NCBI RefSeq assembly: GCF_009914755.1
Contig: NC_060942.1
Strand: one strand, 5' to 3'
Length of the DNA stretch: 64,000 nt
Source: the human T2T-CHM13v2.0 reference genome, Homo sapiens
The notes under the pieces are model-generated. The model saw only the letters and a program-made list of their open reading frames with translations. It ran no database searches and had not been told where the DNA came from. This document shows positions 26,594 through 39,629 of the stretch, in pieces. How positions within the stretch are numbered: position 1 is the stretch's first letter; each line of letters starts with the position of its first letter. The translations under genes and the position numbers were made by a program.

Positions 26594-27002
26594 TGCTACA
26601 GTTTGCGTATGGTTTGTTCATCCCCACCAAAACTCATGTTGACATTTGATTCCCCAATGTGGTGGCACTGGAAGTGGGGAATAGTGGGAGATGTTTGGGT
26701 CATGAGGGTGCATCGCTCATGAATAGAGTAATGCCCTCCTTTGGGGAGTGAGTTCTCACTCTTGTGGGACTGGATTAGTTAATGTGAGAGTGGGTTGTGC
26801 CTTCTCATGTTTGCTGTCTTGGCAGCCACCCTCTTCCTCTTCTGTCTCCTACCATGAGATGAAGCAACATGGGGTTCTAATAGATAATCTACCTGATCTT
26901 GGACTTCCCAGCCTCCAGAATCATGAGCCAAATAAACACTTTTATTTATACATGAGCCAATCTCAGGCATTCTGTTATAGCAACACAAAATGAACTAAGA
27001 CA
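26594..27002 (+). mobile_element. MaLR solo LTR (MSTB/C-like)
   Basis: 'tgctacagtttg...ccccaccaaaactcatgttg' to 'gttatagcaacacaaaatgaactaagaca'. Confidence 0.85.
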
Positions 27003-28506
27003 ACCCTTCTTTAGTACTATCTTAATAAACCATGCTCAGTGCCTGCCATGTCCAAACTCAGTATTAAAAGAAAAGAAGAGTAGGTGTCTTTGCAGGAACG
27101 ATATCTGGGTCCTGACTCAAAGAGTATCTTGCTGCTATTTTGTTGCTGGGTCAGGTGGGGGTGGTGGCAGTGGAACCACAGCCTTGGCCTTCTTACTCCA
27201 GGCATTTGAGGCATTGGTGGTGGGTCTGTGTGGGTGTTTGTACCTTATCCTGTGCTGTCACCACGCCTGGTTGCTGCCCCTCTGGCATTGTGCTGGCATG
27301 TCAACCTCTGAGCCTTGCTTGCACTATTCTCTTTACCTGAAATGCCCTGGTCAGCCCTCCATTTGTTGACGTTTGAAAATCCCTTAAAGTCAATCTACAA
27401 TGTCTCCTTCCCACGGATTTTTCACCTCAAGTGCCGTAAGAATTAATCTCTCCTTCATCTGTGTTTCCAGACCATTTCCTGTACATCACTTTTTGTCACA
27501 GGGAATTACAGTAGGGAATTCCATATGAACTTGTTTATTCTATCATAAACCCTTCTTGGATGGAGATCATGGGATGTTTTCATTTCAATCTTCAGCACCA
27601 AGCACGCTGCCTGGGGCACAGGATTTGTGGAATGAATTGCTGTTCAAGGTTAGTCGTTCTTGCTTACTCCAAAATAGTCTGCTATTTTCTTGATTAGTCA
27701 GTTGTGAGCAGAAGTAATGTTGTACACTGCATATTGATAAAAACAACAAAGGACTAATAATTATCATTGCATTGGTTGAATCTGACATTTTCCCCACTTG
27801 TTCTCCATCTTTCTCAAGCTAAGAATTTCAAAAAAGCCCGCAGAACTGAAAAACTTGTACAAAGGTTTTCTCTAGACAGGCTCTGGCACATGTTCTACAG
27901 CAAGGTGCTCACCTGACAGGCTGAAAGAGGAGGGAGGCTCCTGTTCCATCAGGCAGATAAGCCCACTATACCCCTGCCCCCAACTGGTAATTACAACTAA
28001 GGCTCCTGGGCAAAATACAAAACAGTGATTTGAGGATTTTGAGAAGTAAACAAGAACAGGCAGATTGCAGAGTGGAGTTAAAACTTGGAGAAATGACCTT
28101 ACACAGCAGTGGGTCCCAGTCATGGAGTCTCTAAAACTTTAATGGAAACTCCATCCTTCTTGCTAGAGGAACTAGAAAAGGGATCCCCCAAAGATTAAAA
28201 AGGGAGCAGATAATTGCGGAGGAAAAAACCAAGAGGACCCCTTCTAATTCTGTGTATGAATCCACACAGCCTCACCCCTGAACTACCCATGCAAAGGACA
28301 GACACAAACCGGTGAGTGTAACCAGGGTACTAAATTCCTGCAGCTGTTGTAAAAGTTTCCACAAACTTGGCGGCTTAAAATGACAGAAATTTATTTTCTC
28401 ACAGTTCTGGAGGTCAGAAGTTTAATTTTAATTTTTATTAATTGTACTTCATCAATATTACTTTTTTTCTTCCAAAGAAAAACTGTAGTTTTTCTTGTTA
28501 GATATC

Positions 28507-29118
28507 AATTTTAATTTTTATTAATTGTACTTCATCAACATTATTTTCTTTCTTCCAAAGAGACAATTAAGGGCATGCAAAAGTCTCCTTCAGAGTAGGA
28601 GAAAATATCAAACAAAGGTTTTGTGTAGAAAGTATATTAGAATTCCTATATATCAATTATAAAAATACAAACAACTCAAAAGAAAACTATTTGGACACTT
28701 AGAGAAGAAGGTTTGTAAGACACTTACAGATGCCTAGCAAGCACATGAGATGATGCTGAACATAATTTGTGTCAGGTAAAGATCAATGAAATGTAAGATG
28801 AACTACCATTAAGCACCCATTAGATTGGCTGCAATGAAAGAGACTGAGCATTCTAAGTGCAGATGAGGATGTGGAGCAACTGGAACTCTCATGCACTTCT
28901 GGTGGGAATGTAAAATGGTACAATTACTTTGGAAAACACTTTGGCAGTTTCTTTAAAAGTTAAACATACCTATCCTATGATCTGATCCACCCAGTCTTTC
29001 CATTTCTAAGTCTTTTCAAGAGAAACAAAAACATATGTTGGCACAAAAACTTGGGCATGAATGTTCATAGCAGCTTTATTTGAAGTAGCCCCAAATAGGG
29101 AGCCACCCAAATGTTCTC
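28507..29118 (+). mobile_element. Old L1M (ORF2 3' end / 3'UTR), continuing at ~34361-34850
   Basis: 'gaggatgtggagcaactggaactctcatgcacttctggtgggaatgtaaaatggtaca', 'gaatgttcatagcagctttattt'. Resumes 'ccagtgggtgaatagataaac' after the inserted LTRs. Confidence 0.75.
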
Positions 29119-29284
29119 TGTAAGGGTAAATGAAAATGATTTTCTCCATTTATAAAATGTGAAGAGACTGTTTTCCTTTCCCCTCTTTTCTTAGTGTCTT
29201 CTTGGAGACATAGTGAATTGGGGTCCTTTTTCTGACCTTTGGAATAGAGAGGTACCTCTTAGGGATTGAGCCCAATCTCCAGTG

Positions 29285-29776
29285 TGCCAAGATTAGCTCG
29301 GTCATGGAGAGCCTAACCCAGCAGTGCTAGAGGAATTAAAGACACACATAGAGAAATATAGGGTGTGGAGTGGGAAATCATGGGTCTCACAGCCTTCAGA
29401 GCTGAGAGCCCTGAAGAGAGATTTACCCACATATTTATTGACAGCAAGCCAGTGATAAGCATTGTTTCTCTAGATTATAGATTTACTAAAAGTATTCCTT
29501 ACAGGAAACAAAGGGATGGGCTCTGGCTAGTTATCTGCAGCAGGAGCATGTCCTTAAGGCACAGATCACTCATGCTATTGTTTGTGGCTTAGGAACACCT
29601 TTAAACCATTTTCCGCCCTGGGTGGGCCAGATGTTCCTTGCCCTCATTCCAGTAAACCCATAACCTTCAGCGTGGGTGTCATGGCCATCATGAATATGTC
29701 ACAGTGCTGCAGAAATTTTGTTTATGGCCAGTTTGGGGGCCAGTTTATGGCCAGATTTGGGGGCCTATCCCCAGGA
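29285..29776 (-). mobile_element. 3' LTR (MER9)
   Basis: Matches the MER9 pattern 'ccccaaatctggccataaactggcccc...ccgagctaatcttggca'; preceded on the minus strand by PPT 'aaaacaagaagggggaca'. Confidence 0.93.
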
Positions 29777-29789
29777 TGTCCCCCTTCTT

Positions 29790-30900
29790 GTTTTTCCAAG
29801 GCAATAAAAGCAAAGGCAGCTTTATTGTGGTGAGCTACTTCTCTCAGGAGTCAGGATCTTCATCTGCAGACTTCAGAAAGACAAACAACACAGATTAAAA
29901 GCACAATCATCATTGAAATCATAAAGCCTCCAAGTGTTTTTTATCTATTTTATTGGGTTACTAGCTGCTAATCCATCTGCAGCTCCTTCAAGCACTTCAG
30001 TTCCTGGCATTAAGGTCAGGTGTGCCTGGGATGCTTTAAATATTTGTTCTTTTAATTTTGCAATATCCAAAGACAAGTTTGTAGAGTGTCCTTCTAGACG
30101 CTTTTTCATTTTTTCCCAAATTTTGATCTTATTAAGAGCCATTAATAGTTTCCACAAATCCTTATGTTTAGCTGCTACAACAGGCCATATCATTTGAGGT
30201 TGAGGTGCCACTATACCACCATGTTTCCAGATAATAGGAACTCTTGCTGTATTTCTTACCATTTCTACCATCTGACTGTTTTGTTTAAACCAACTGAACA
30301 TAATGTGGCTGTGTCATGCAGACTGAGAGGTGCAATTCAAGCTAAACATCCCCTTAGGGGACTAATCAATAATGATTCCATATGAATCATTGAGCAGCAC
30401 CTCTGCCTGTTCTGCAATTCAATCTTCCCAAATGAGTATATTCATTATTTCTGGCCAGGTCCAATTCTGTTTACAAATAGGTTTTTGAGGGGGATATGCC
30501 TCAATTATAGGAGCAGATTTATTATGGTAAATACTGAGATCAGAAAGCATGTGTAACTGTGTCATAGAGTGATTACATCCAGGCATTATTGCCAGCCAAG
30601 ATTGATAAATATGCCCAATAAGTATAATTGTTCTCTGTGTCAGCCCTTGTTGAAGGAATACTCATGGCAATGGTGATCACTGCTACCATAGCTATCATTA
30701 AATTACTCATTGTGACTGGCTGTCCCACTTTCCTCAGGTTTTCTTCCACCATCTGTGACAGCTTCCTGATCTGTCCCCAGGTAGGTGGCTGTGTTTGACG
30801 GATGTTGCTCGTGACAGTTGGGGTCCTCCTCAGCGTCAGTCTCAACATGGCTGCAACCAGGGGATTCCTCGGGATCCTCCGGGAATCTCTTCCTCAGCAT
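29790..30900 (-). pseudogene. env: Deleted, disrupted HML-3 env
   Basis: Signal-peptide region PPTWGQIRKLSQM...LMIAMVAVITIAM (30573-30848) and TM remnant [27 protein letters not shown] (29945-30301); stops and deletions. Confidence 0.85.
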
Positions 30901-32118
30901 TTAGCTCATGATAAGGTTTCAGGTGTCTTGATGGTATCCGAATTGGCTGTTGATTCTGGCCTGGAGAAACACAAGCATAACCTCTACCCCAAGTTATTAT
31001 TTTACATATTTCCCAACTTTTTGTTATCGGATCTCTCCACCAAACCAGTTGTTCTGCTTCTGTCTTTGCAGCTGGTTTCTGTAGATGATGTTCAGCTGCT
31101 GATAGCATCTGGCCTTTAGGCAGGCTCAAAAAATTTAAAGTCAATAATGCTAGACTAAATTGTGTATGGGGTGTCCTGTAATCCCTATTTCCCCCTTTTT
31201 GCTTTTGCAACTGCTGTTTCAGGGAGAGATTCATTCTTTCTACAATGGCTTGTCCTTGAGAATTATATGGGATACTAGTAATGTGTTTAATATTCCATAT
31301 AGAGAAAAATGTAGCTAGAACTTGGCTAGTTTAGTCTGGGGCATTATATGTTTTAATCGAAGTTGGAATGTCCATCACCACAAAACACTGCAAATGGTGA
31401 CATTTAACACAGGCAGAAGACTCTCCTGACTGGAATGCAGCCCAGAAAAAATGAAAAAAGGTGTCCACACATATGTGTATATAAGCTAATCTCCCAAACG
31501 AAGAAACATTTGTGACATCCGTTTGCCAAAGAGAATTAGGTTCCCATCCTCAAGGATTAACTCCTCCTGTAAAAGATGAGGAATGCACCATTTGGCAAGT
31601 GGGGCATCGCTGGATAATAGCTTTAGCTTCTTTCCAGGTAAATTGTTGGACTGTTTAACATGCCTTGTGGCAACACTTTCCAATGAAAACGTTTAGCAAG
31701 CTGCTGGTTGTTTACTGCAGGAATTGTAAATGCAAACTGTTCACAGTCTTGCTCAGCTAAGGGGATGGTAAAGAAACAGTCTTTTAAATATATGACTATT
31801 AAAGCCCAATTTTTTGGAAACATAGCAGGAGAAGGCAGTCCTGGCTGCAATGTCCCCAGAGGTTGTATAACTGAATTAATGGCTCTTAAGTCAGTTAACA
31901 TTCTCCATTTACCTGTTTTTTTTCTTAATTACAAAAACTGGGGAATTCCAAGGGGAAAATGTTGGAGCTATGTGTCCTTTTTCTAATTGTTCAGTAACTA
32001 AGTCCTCTAAAGCCTCTAGGTTCTCTTTACTTAGCGGCCATTGTTCAATCCAAATTGGCTTATCTGTTAACCATTTTAAAGGTATAGGTTCTGGAGGCTT
32101 AACAATGGCCGACATCAA
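30842..32118 (-). pseudogene. pol: Deleted HML-3 pol: RT N-terminus joined to integrase
   Basis: [55 protein letters not shown], then directly integrase (AIIQRCPTCQ; WWRDP..WGRGYACV). Second catalytic Asp reads KTYNAP followed by a stop. Confidence 0.9.
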
Positions 32119-32843
32119 AAATGGTATCCTAAACCTTGGCAGGAACTTTGTCTTTCCACTTGAAGTGGTTCCTTCAAACTTTGCAAATTTTTTCCTAGTC
32201 CCATACCAGGGACATACCCCATTTCATGCATCATATGTTGACTTTGAGGGCTATATAATTGTTCTGGAATTAGAACTTGTGCTCCCCATTGTTGTAATAA
32301 ATGTCTCCCTGGTAAATTTATAGGTACAGAAGTTACAATTGGTTGAATAATCCCAGACAGTCCATTGGGCCCTTCACAATGCAAAATATAACTACTTTGG
32401 TATACTTCAGGGGCTTTACCAACTCCAACTATGTTAAATTGAGCGGGTTGAATTGGCCACATGGATGGCCAGTGCTGTAGAGAAATGATTGAAATGTCCA
32501 CTCCTGTATCTACCAAACCTTTAAATTTCTTTCTTGAATAGTTATTTCACAGGTAGGATGTTTATCAGGAATCTGATTCACCCAATAAGCTGCTTTACCT
32601 TGTTTATTTGTGCTTCCAAATCCTTCTGTTCGTTTAGTTTCACTTTTCCCCATTTCCACATACAGCACAATCAGGAGCTGTGCTATGCGCTCTCCTGACT
32701 CTGCTTTCCAGGGAACAGAAGTAGATGTAACAATTTGAATTTCCCCATTGTAATCTGAATCAGTGACTCCTGTTTGTACTTGCATTCCTTTTAAATTTAA
32801 ACTAGATCTACCTAGAAGTAATCCTATCGTCCCCACTGGCAAC
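32115..32843 (-). pseudogene. pro: HML-3 dUTPase-protease-G-patch (frameshifted)
   Basis: GRSSLNLKG...DSDYNGEI...RIAQL...GFGST (dUTPase); VDTGVDISII (aspartyl protease); [12 protein letters not shown] (G-patch). Confidence 0.9.
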
Positions 32844-33362
32844 ATCTGACTGGAGATAGCAACATTCTTTAATGGTCCCATTACAAAAGGAAAACCTGGT
32901 CCATATTGATTAATAGCTTGTTTAAATTCTCTGAGTAATTTAAAAGGAAAAGGCTCAAACATAGCTGTAATATTTCCCTGTTGATCTGGGGGCATGTATT
33001 CTAACAGGGAACTGCCAAGCCTCTAAAACACCCTCTCTTCTAGCTTGCTGGATTCCTGCTTGAATAGAACTGAGAGCAATTGCTCAAGGTGCTGCTCGAA
33101 CAGTCACTGGGGCAACTACTTTTTGCCCAGTGTCCTCCGGAAAAGAAAGATCTGGAGGGTCAGGCCACTCTTTTTCTTCAAAATAAGGAGGGGATGCAGA
33201 AGGGTAGGGATGAACCTTTTCCTCCTTTGCCGCTTTAGCTTTAGCTGGCAAACAAACCTGCTCTGTCACCTCTTCTGTTACTTCATTATACTTTCCTTCC
33301 TCTTCATCATTAGTGTAAAAAGGTTTCAAGGTGGAATGAACTGGAGCCCACACTTGTGTCAC
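32844..33362 (-). pseudogene. gag: Truncated HML-3 gag
   Basis: PYPSASPPYF late-domain-like segment and capsid N-terminus EPFPFKLLREFKQAINQYGPG; rest of CA/NC missing. Confidence 0.8.
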
Positions 33363-33492
33363 TGTTACCCTGATGCTCCCAAGCTCTCCTTCTTACTCAC
33401 CATGCAGATTGCTTAAGAGTACTCAGGTGTCCTCCAGCTTAGCTCCACGTTCTCCAACCGTCGCTGCATTGACCCTTCAATCCAGGTTCGAG

Positions 33493-33510
33493 CCCCCATG
33501 TTGGGTGCCA
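33493..33510 (-). promoter_or_regulatory. Primer-binding site, tRNA-Lys
   Basis: TGGCACCCAACATGGGGG, 2 nt after the 5' LTR; resembles TGGCGCCCAACGTGGGGC. Confidence 0.85.
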
Positions 33511-33512
33511 CT

Positions 33513-34003
33513 TGCTGAGACCAGCTCGGTCATGGAGACCTTAACCCAGCGGTCTAGAGGAATTAAAAACACACACACAGAAATATAGGGTGTGCAGTGG
33601 GAAATCAGGGGTCTCACAGCCTTCAGAGCTGAGAGTCCTGAACAGATATTTACCCACATATTTATTAACAGCAAGACAGTGATAAGCATTGTTTCTCTAG
33701 ATTATAGATTTACTACAAGTATTCCTTACAAGAAACAAAGGGATGGGCTCTGGCTAGTTATCTGCAGCAGGAGCATGTCCTTAAGGCACAGATTCCTCAT
33801 GCTATTGTTTGTGGCTTAGGAACACCTTTAAACCATTTTCGGCCCTGGGTGGGCCAGATGTTCCTTGCCCTCATTCCAGTAAACCCACAATCTTCAGTGT
33901 GGACATCATGGCCATCACGAACATGTCACAGTGCTGCAGAGATTTTGTTATTGGCCAGTTTTGGGGCCAGTTTATGGCCAGATTTGGGGGTCTATCCACA
34001 GCA
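33513..34003 (-). mobile_element. 5' LTR (MER9)
   Basis: About 92% identical to 29285-29776 (roughly 38 differences by manual count). Confidence 0.93.
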
Positions 34004-35960
34004 CCAGTGTTTTAATGTGAGGCGGCTCCTCAGGTCCAGTCAAATAAATGAATCTTGCGAATTAGCTCAAGGCTTTCTTGCAGGAAATGTACAGGATACT
34101 GTGTGCGGAGTGGTCATTTAGTCTTGACGACAAGAGAACTTATTGTTCTTTCTTCTCACTTGCTCCAGAAAAAGTGCCAGATTTCCTCCCCTCCCCCAAG
34201 CCCCCCCGCCCCCTGCCCCCCCAAGCTTTGTAGTCATTTTCAGGCTGCCTCCCATACATGTAAATATGGTAATACTTACTCAATGATAAAATGTCTTTTT
34301 TCCCTCTTCTATTGGTATGGAGAGATCTTTTTCTGTCCAGATTTTTTTATTTCTTGAACAACACCAGTGGGTGAATAGATAAACACATTGTTGTCTGCTC
34401 ATACAATCAAATGCTGCTCAGCAATAAGAAAGAATGAATGATTGGTTTATTCAACAACATGAATGGATTTCAAAATAATTATGCTCAGAGAGAGAAGCCA
34501 GGCACTACAAAGGACCTGGCATAAAAGGATAGTTACATTTTTGTAAATTTCTAGTAAATGCATACTAATCTATAGTGACAGAAAGTATGTCAGAGATGAC
34601 CAGAGAACAGAGAATACAGGGAGAGATGGATTACAAAGGGGCACAAGGAAACTCTCAGGGTGTTTTTATTAAAAAAAAAGTATTTGATTGTGGTGATACT
34701 TTCATGGGTGTATATGTGTGTGTGTATAGGTATGTATGTATATGTGTGTATATATACATATGTATATATTAATCGAATTATAATCTTTAAAGATGTGCAG
34801 TTGGTTGTACATCAATCACACCCAAATAAAGTTTATAAATAATAAAAAAGGCCTTTAACCTCTTTTTTTCTCCCAGAGAGTGGGTCTCCATCTTCCAAAG
34901 TTCCAAGGGTGATTTTGATCACCAGCAGAGGTGAGGGAAGGCACACAGTCACAGGTGATCACAGGTAACCTGCACCCTGTACGCCAGAGAGGAGACTGTG
35001 GCCAGGCTATGGAGCAGCTGGGGAGAGGGTGACATCTGAGACAAGGCCAGAATGGGGGTGGGGACAGTCCTGGGGCAATAAGGAACAGGAATGGGGACAG
35101 CCATGGGACCAGGGTGCTTCTTCTCACACACTCAGAGAAGCGTGGGACCTGCTGTGGTCCTGCATATGGGGCCTGAGCTACTTCAGATGGTTTTAAAAAG
35201 AAAGAGTAATTCTGAAAGAATGAAAAACTTGGAATACTCATCTTTCTCTAGGTTGTGCCAGCTGTTTTTTCATTCAATATATTTGAATGAAATTCTTACA
35301 TGAAGTCTTTCAAAGTATTTTTTCTTCGATGCTGGAAAGATATGATTGCCTACAAGTTGTGATTTCAGGAGTGTGGGAAAGAGGTCCCTGCTTCAAACTG
35401 CTGTCCCCACCTAGCTACCAGGAGCCTAGAAAGTTACCGTTGCAGCAGCTTTACTCCAGCAGCTAAAGGCTTTTAGGGAACCACTTGTTATTGTTTTTTA
35501 ATTACAGAGGTGACAGAAAATCAGCGGTTAGTCCAGAAAGACAGTAATTTAAAACAGAAAAACACTAAATTCAACCTCATTCTTGGTCTCTTTCAGAGGT
35601 AGCAAAAATTGCTAATATTAATATTTGTTTATGTCCTTCAAACATTTTCTATATATTTACAAAATATAGATTTGCGTAAGTATATTGGAAGTCAGTGCCT
35701 CGACATAGGTGTTGCAAATATTTTCCCAGCCTGTCGAGTTTCTTCTGACTTTGTTTTCGGCATTAAAGTCAGTGTCACCACTATCATCATTTGTTATGCA
35801 GATGTTTTGCATTTTTATACAAATTATTTATCACTGTTTCTCTCCATGGCCTCTAGGCCTTGTGTTATGCTTACAAAGGGCTTCCAGAATCCAAAATTAC
35901 TTTAAAATCTACATTTTTCTTCATTGTTTGGTTTTATTTTACATTTAAAACTTTGATCTT

Positions 35961-36290
<330 letters not shown>

Positions 36291-36707
36291 CTATACTTTA
36301 TTTGGGTGTAGGGACTGGGGTTATTTTTTCTTCTTCTTCAAATGGCTCTCCCGTTATCCCAGGATTTGTTATTGAATAATTCCTCTTTCCCTCTATTTGA
36401 AATGTAATCAACATATGGTCTATTTTTGGAATATTATGTTGCTTCCATGTCTTCATTTATAAATTCTTGGCCTGGGGCCCAGCTGTCTTAATGATCATCT
36501 GTGTAAGGTGTTGACCCTTGGCAAAAGCTGAAGAGCCCTCAGCCAGAGCCTCCCCTTGCCTGGGTCCATGGAGGCTGCCTGCAGTGTCCCCTCCTGCCCT
36601 GCTAACCACTCTGTTGTGCATTCTCCTGGCCTCAGATCCCTGAAAGCAGAGTCTGACCAGTGCAGCTTATCCTATCTCTGATCTGCTTAGGGACCAGCTG
36701 TTCTCAG

Positions 36708-36818
36708 CCTGGTTAAATGCACTTGCCTGCTCCACCTTCTCAGGTGGAAACACAGGGATAGAGCTCACCTGGTTAAATGCACTTGCCTGCTCCACCTTCT
36801 CAGGTGGAGATAGAGCTC
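36708..36818. repeat. Tandem duplication, 60-bp period (41 bp identical plus gatagagctc)
   Basis: cctggttaaatgcacttgcctgctccaccttctcaggtgga at 36708 and 36768. Confidence 0.95.
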
Positions 36819-36959
36819 TTCCTTGCCCACGTGGGCAAGGAAGCAAAGTGCTGAGGGTACTGCAGTTGTAAATCAGGGGAAGTAGAGGCAAAAATTCATG
36901 TCACTTGAGGATAGTGTAATGATAGCTATCACTGTTGAGGGACAGGTGATGGTCAGACA

Positions 36960-37405
<446 letters not shown>

Positions 37406-37979
37406 TAGCCATACATTTCTGTGAGTTCTGTATCTTATGACTACTACCCACAACCACAGTGGAATTCATAACTGGGGGAGGGGAGAGGGCTGGAACTCAA
37501 TTTTCTTTTTTTAAATGTCTGTAAAAATATTCAGCTCAGTGCCAGCAATCTTGAGAGCAGGTTCCAAAGTCTGCATTTGCAGACAGGTGCTGGCTGCAGA
37601 GCAGCTTCACAATCCTCTGGGGGCTTTCTTAAAAAGAGTTTCCTGAGCACCTCTGGGAATGGCGCATTCACAGATGTGGGGTGGCTCTGGGTTTCTGCAT
37701 ATTCATGAAGGGCCCCAGGTTATTCTAATTTGCAGCAACGTGTGGGCACCACGGCTCTGAGGGGTGTATGGGTGACTTCATTGACTGGAAATGGCCCATC
37801 TCTTTCTCCCCCTCCACTTCTGCTTTCCTCAGTGGGCTGCTGCCTAAAAACCCCTCAAAGGAGTACAGCAGCCCACAGCACACAGAGCACAGATGCAAAA
37901 GGCCATTATTCTTGCACTTCATTTCTGTTTCTTTGAACTAAATCTTTGAGGTCCATCAGAATGCAAAATTGCTTGGGAA

Positions 37980-38777
<798 letters not shown>

Positions 38778-39260
38778 CATCATACTTTCTTTTATCCCTG
38801 TTTTACTGCTAAGCAGCCATGTGATTGTGGGCATGTTACCGATCTTTTCAAACCTCAACTTTCTCTATTGTAAATTCAGTAAACTGGATTAAACAATGGA
38901 GATAAATAATATTCAATGCTTTTGTGAAACTTTTTAATTTTTACTTTTATTTGAATGAGGGGTTGGTGAGCAGGTTTGCATAGGAGGTAGAGAGAGGGAT
39001 GGACTTTTGTTCTTTTGGGTGACACCCACCCCACTCCACCACCTTTGGGATACATGTGACTCTCCTGACTCTCATCCTGCACATGACTTCAACATAGAAT
39101 TTTCTATAGTACATTAAAATTGTCTCTTTATATTCTTCTAGAGCAAGGGTCATGATTTATTTCTCTTTATCTCCCTAACACCTAGTACCCAGCTTAGTAG
39201 ATAGTGGGCACTTGATACGTGTTTGTTGCATGAATAAATGGATATAATATAGATGGGTAG

Positions 39261-39629
39261 TGATATGGTTTGGATTTGTGTCCCCACCCAAATCTCATAT
39301 CAAATTGAGGTGGGGCCTGGTGGAAGGTGATTGGATCATGGGTGCAGATTTTCCCCTTGCTGTTCTCATGATAGTGAGTGAGTTCTCATAAGATCTGATG
39401 GTTTAAAATTGCGTGGCACTTCCCCCTTGGCTCTCTCTCTCTCCTGCTTCTCCATAGTAAGACGTGCTTGCTTCCCCTTTGCCTTCCATCATGATTGCAA
39501 GTTTCCTGAGGCCTCCTTGTCATGCTTCCTGTTAAGCCTGCTGATCTGTGAATCAACTAAACCTCTTTTCTTCATAAATTACCCAGTCTCAGGTAGTTCT
39601 TTATAGCAGTGTGAGAATGGGCTAATGCA
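39261..39629 (+). mobile_element. THE1D/MSTA-like solo LTR
   Basis: 'tgatatggtttggatttgtgtccccacccaaatctcat' to 'ctttatagcagtgtgagaatgggctaatgca'; TSD ggtag/ggttg. Confidence 0.9.

Larger units (their letters stand above)
29285..34003 (-). mobile_element. HERV-K(HML-3)/HERVK9 provirus, internally deleted, 4719 bp
   Basis: Two MER9 LTRs, 6-bp TSD CCAGTG (29279-29284, 34004-34009), PBS-Lys, PPT, and gag/dUTPase/pro/pol/env remnants. Confidence 0.93.
29119..34360 (+). mobile_element. Ancient ERV1-class LTR (MER89/MER34-like) split by the HML-3 provirus (29119-29284 and 34010-34360)
   Basis: TG start 'tgtaagggtaaatgaaaatgattttctcc' and CA end 'ttttatttcttgaaca'; interrupts the L1M. Family assignment is tentative. 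Confidence 0.5.

Noticed and set aside
30842-32516. Functional retroviral protease, RT or integrase
   Set aside because: Frameshifts, stops, deletion of the RT YxDD and RNase H, and a mutated integrase catalytic Asp.
29365-34015. Duplicated ORFs at 29365/33592 and 29582/33809
   Set aside because: Antisense translations of the two MER9 LTRs.
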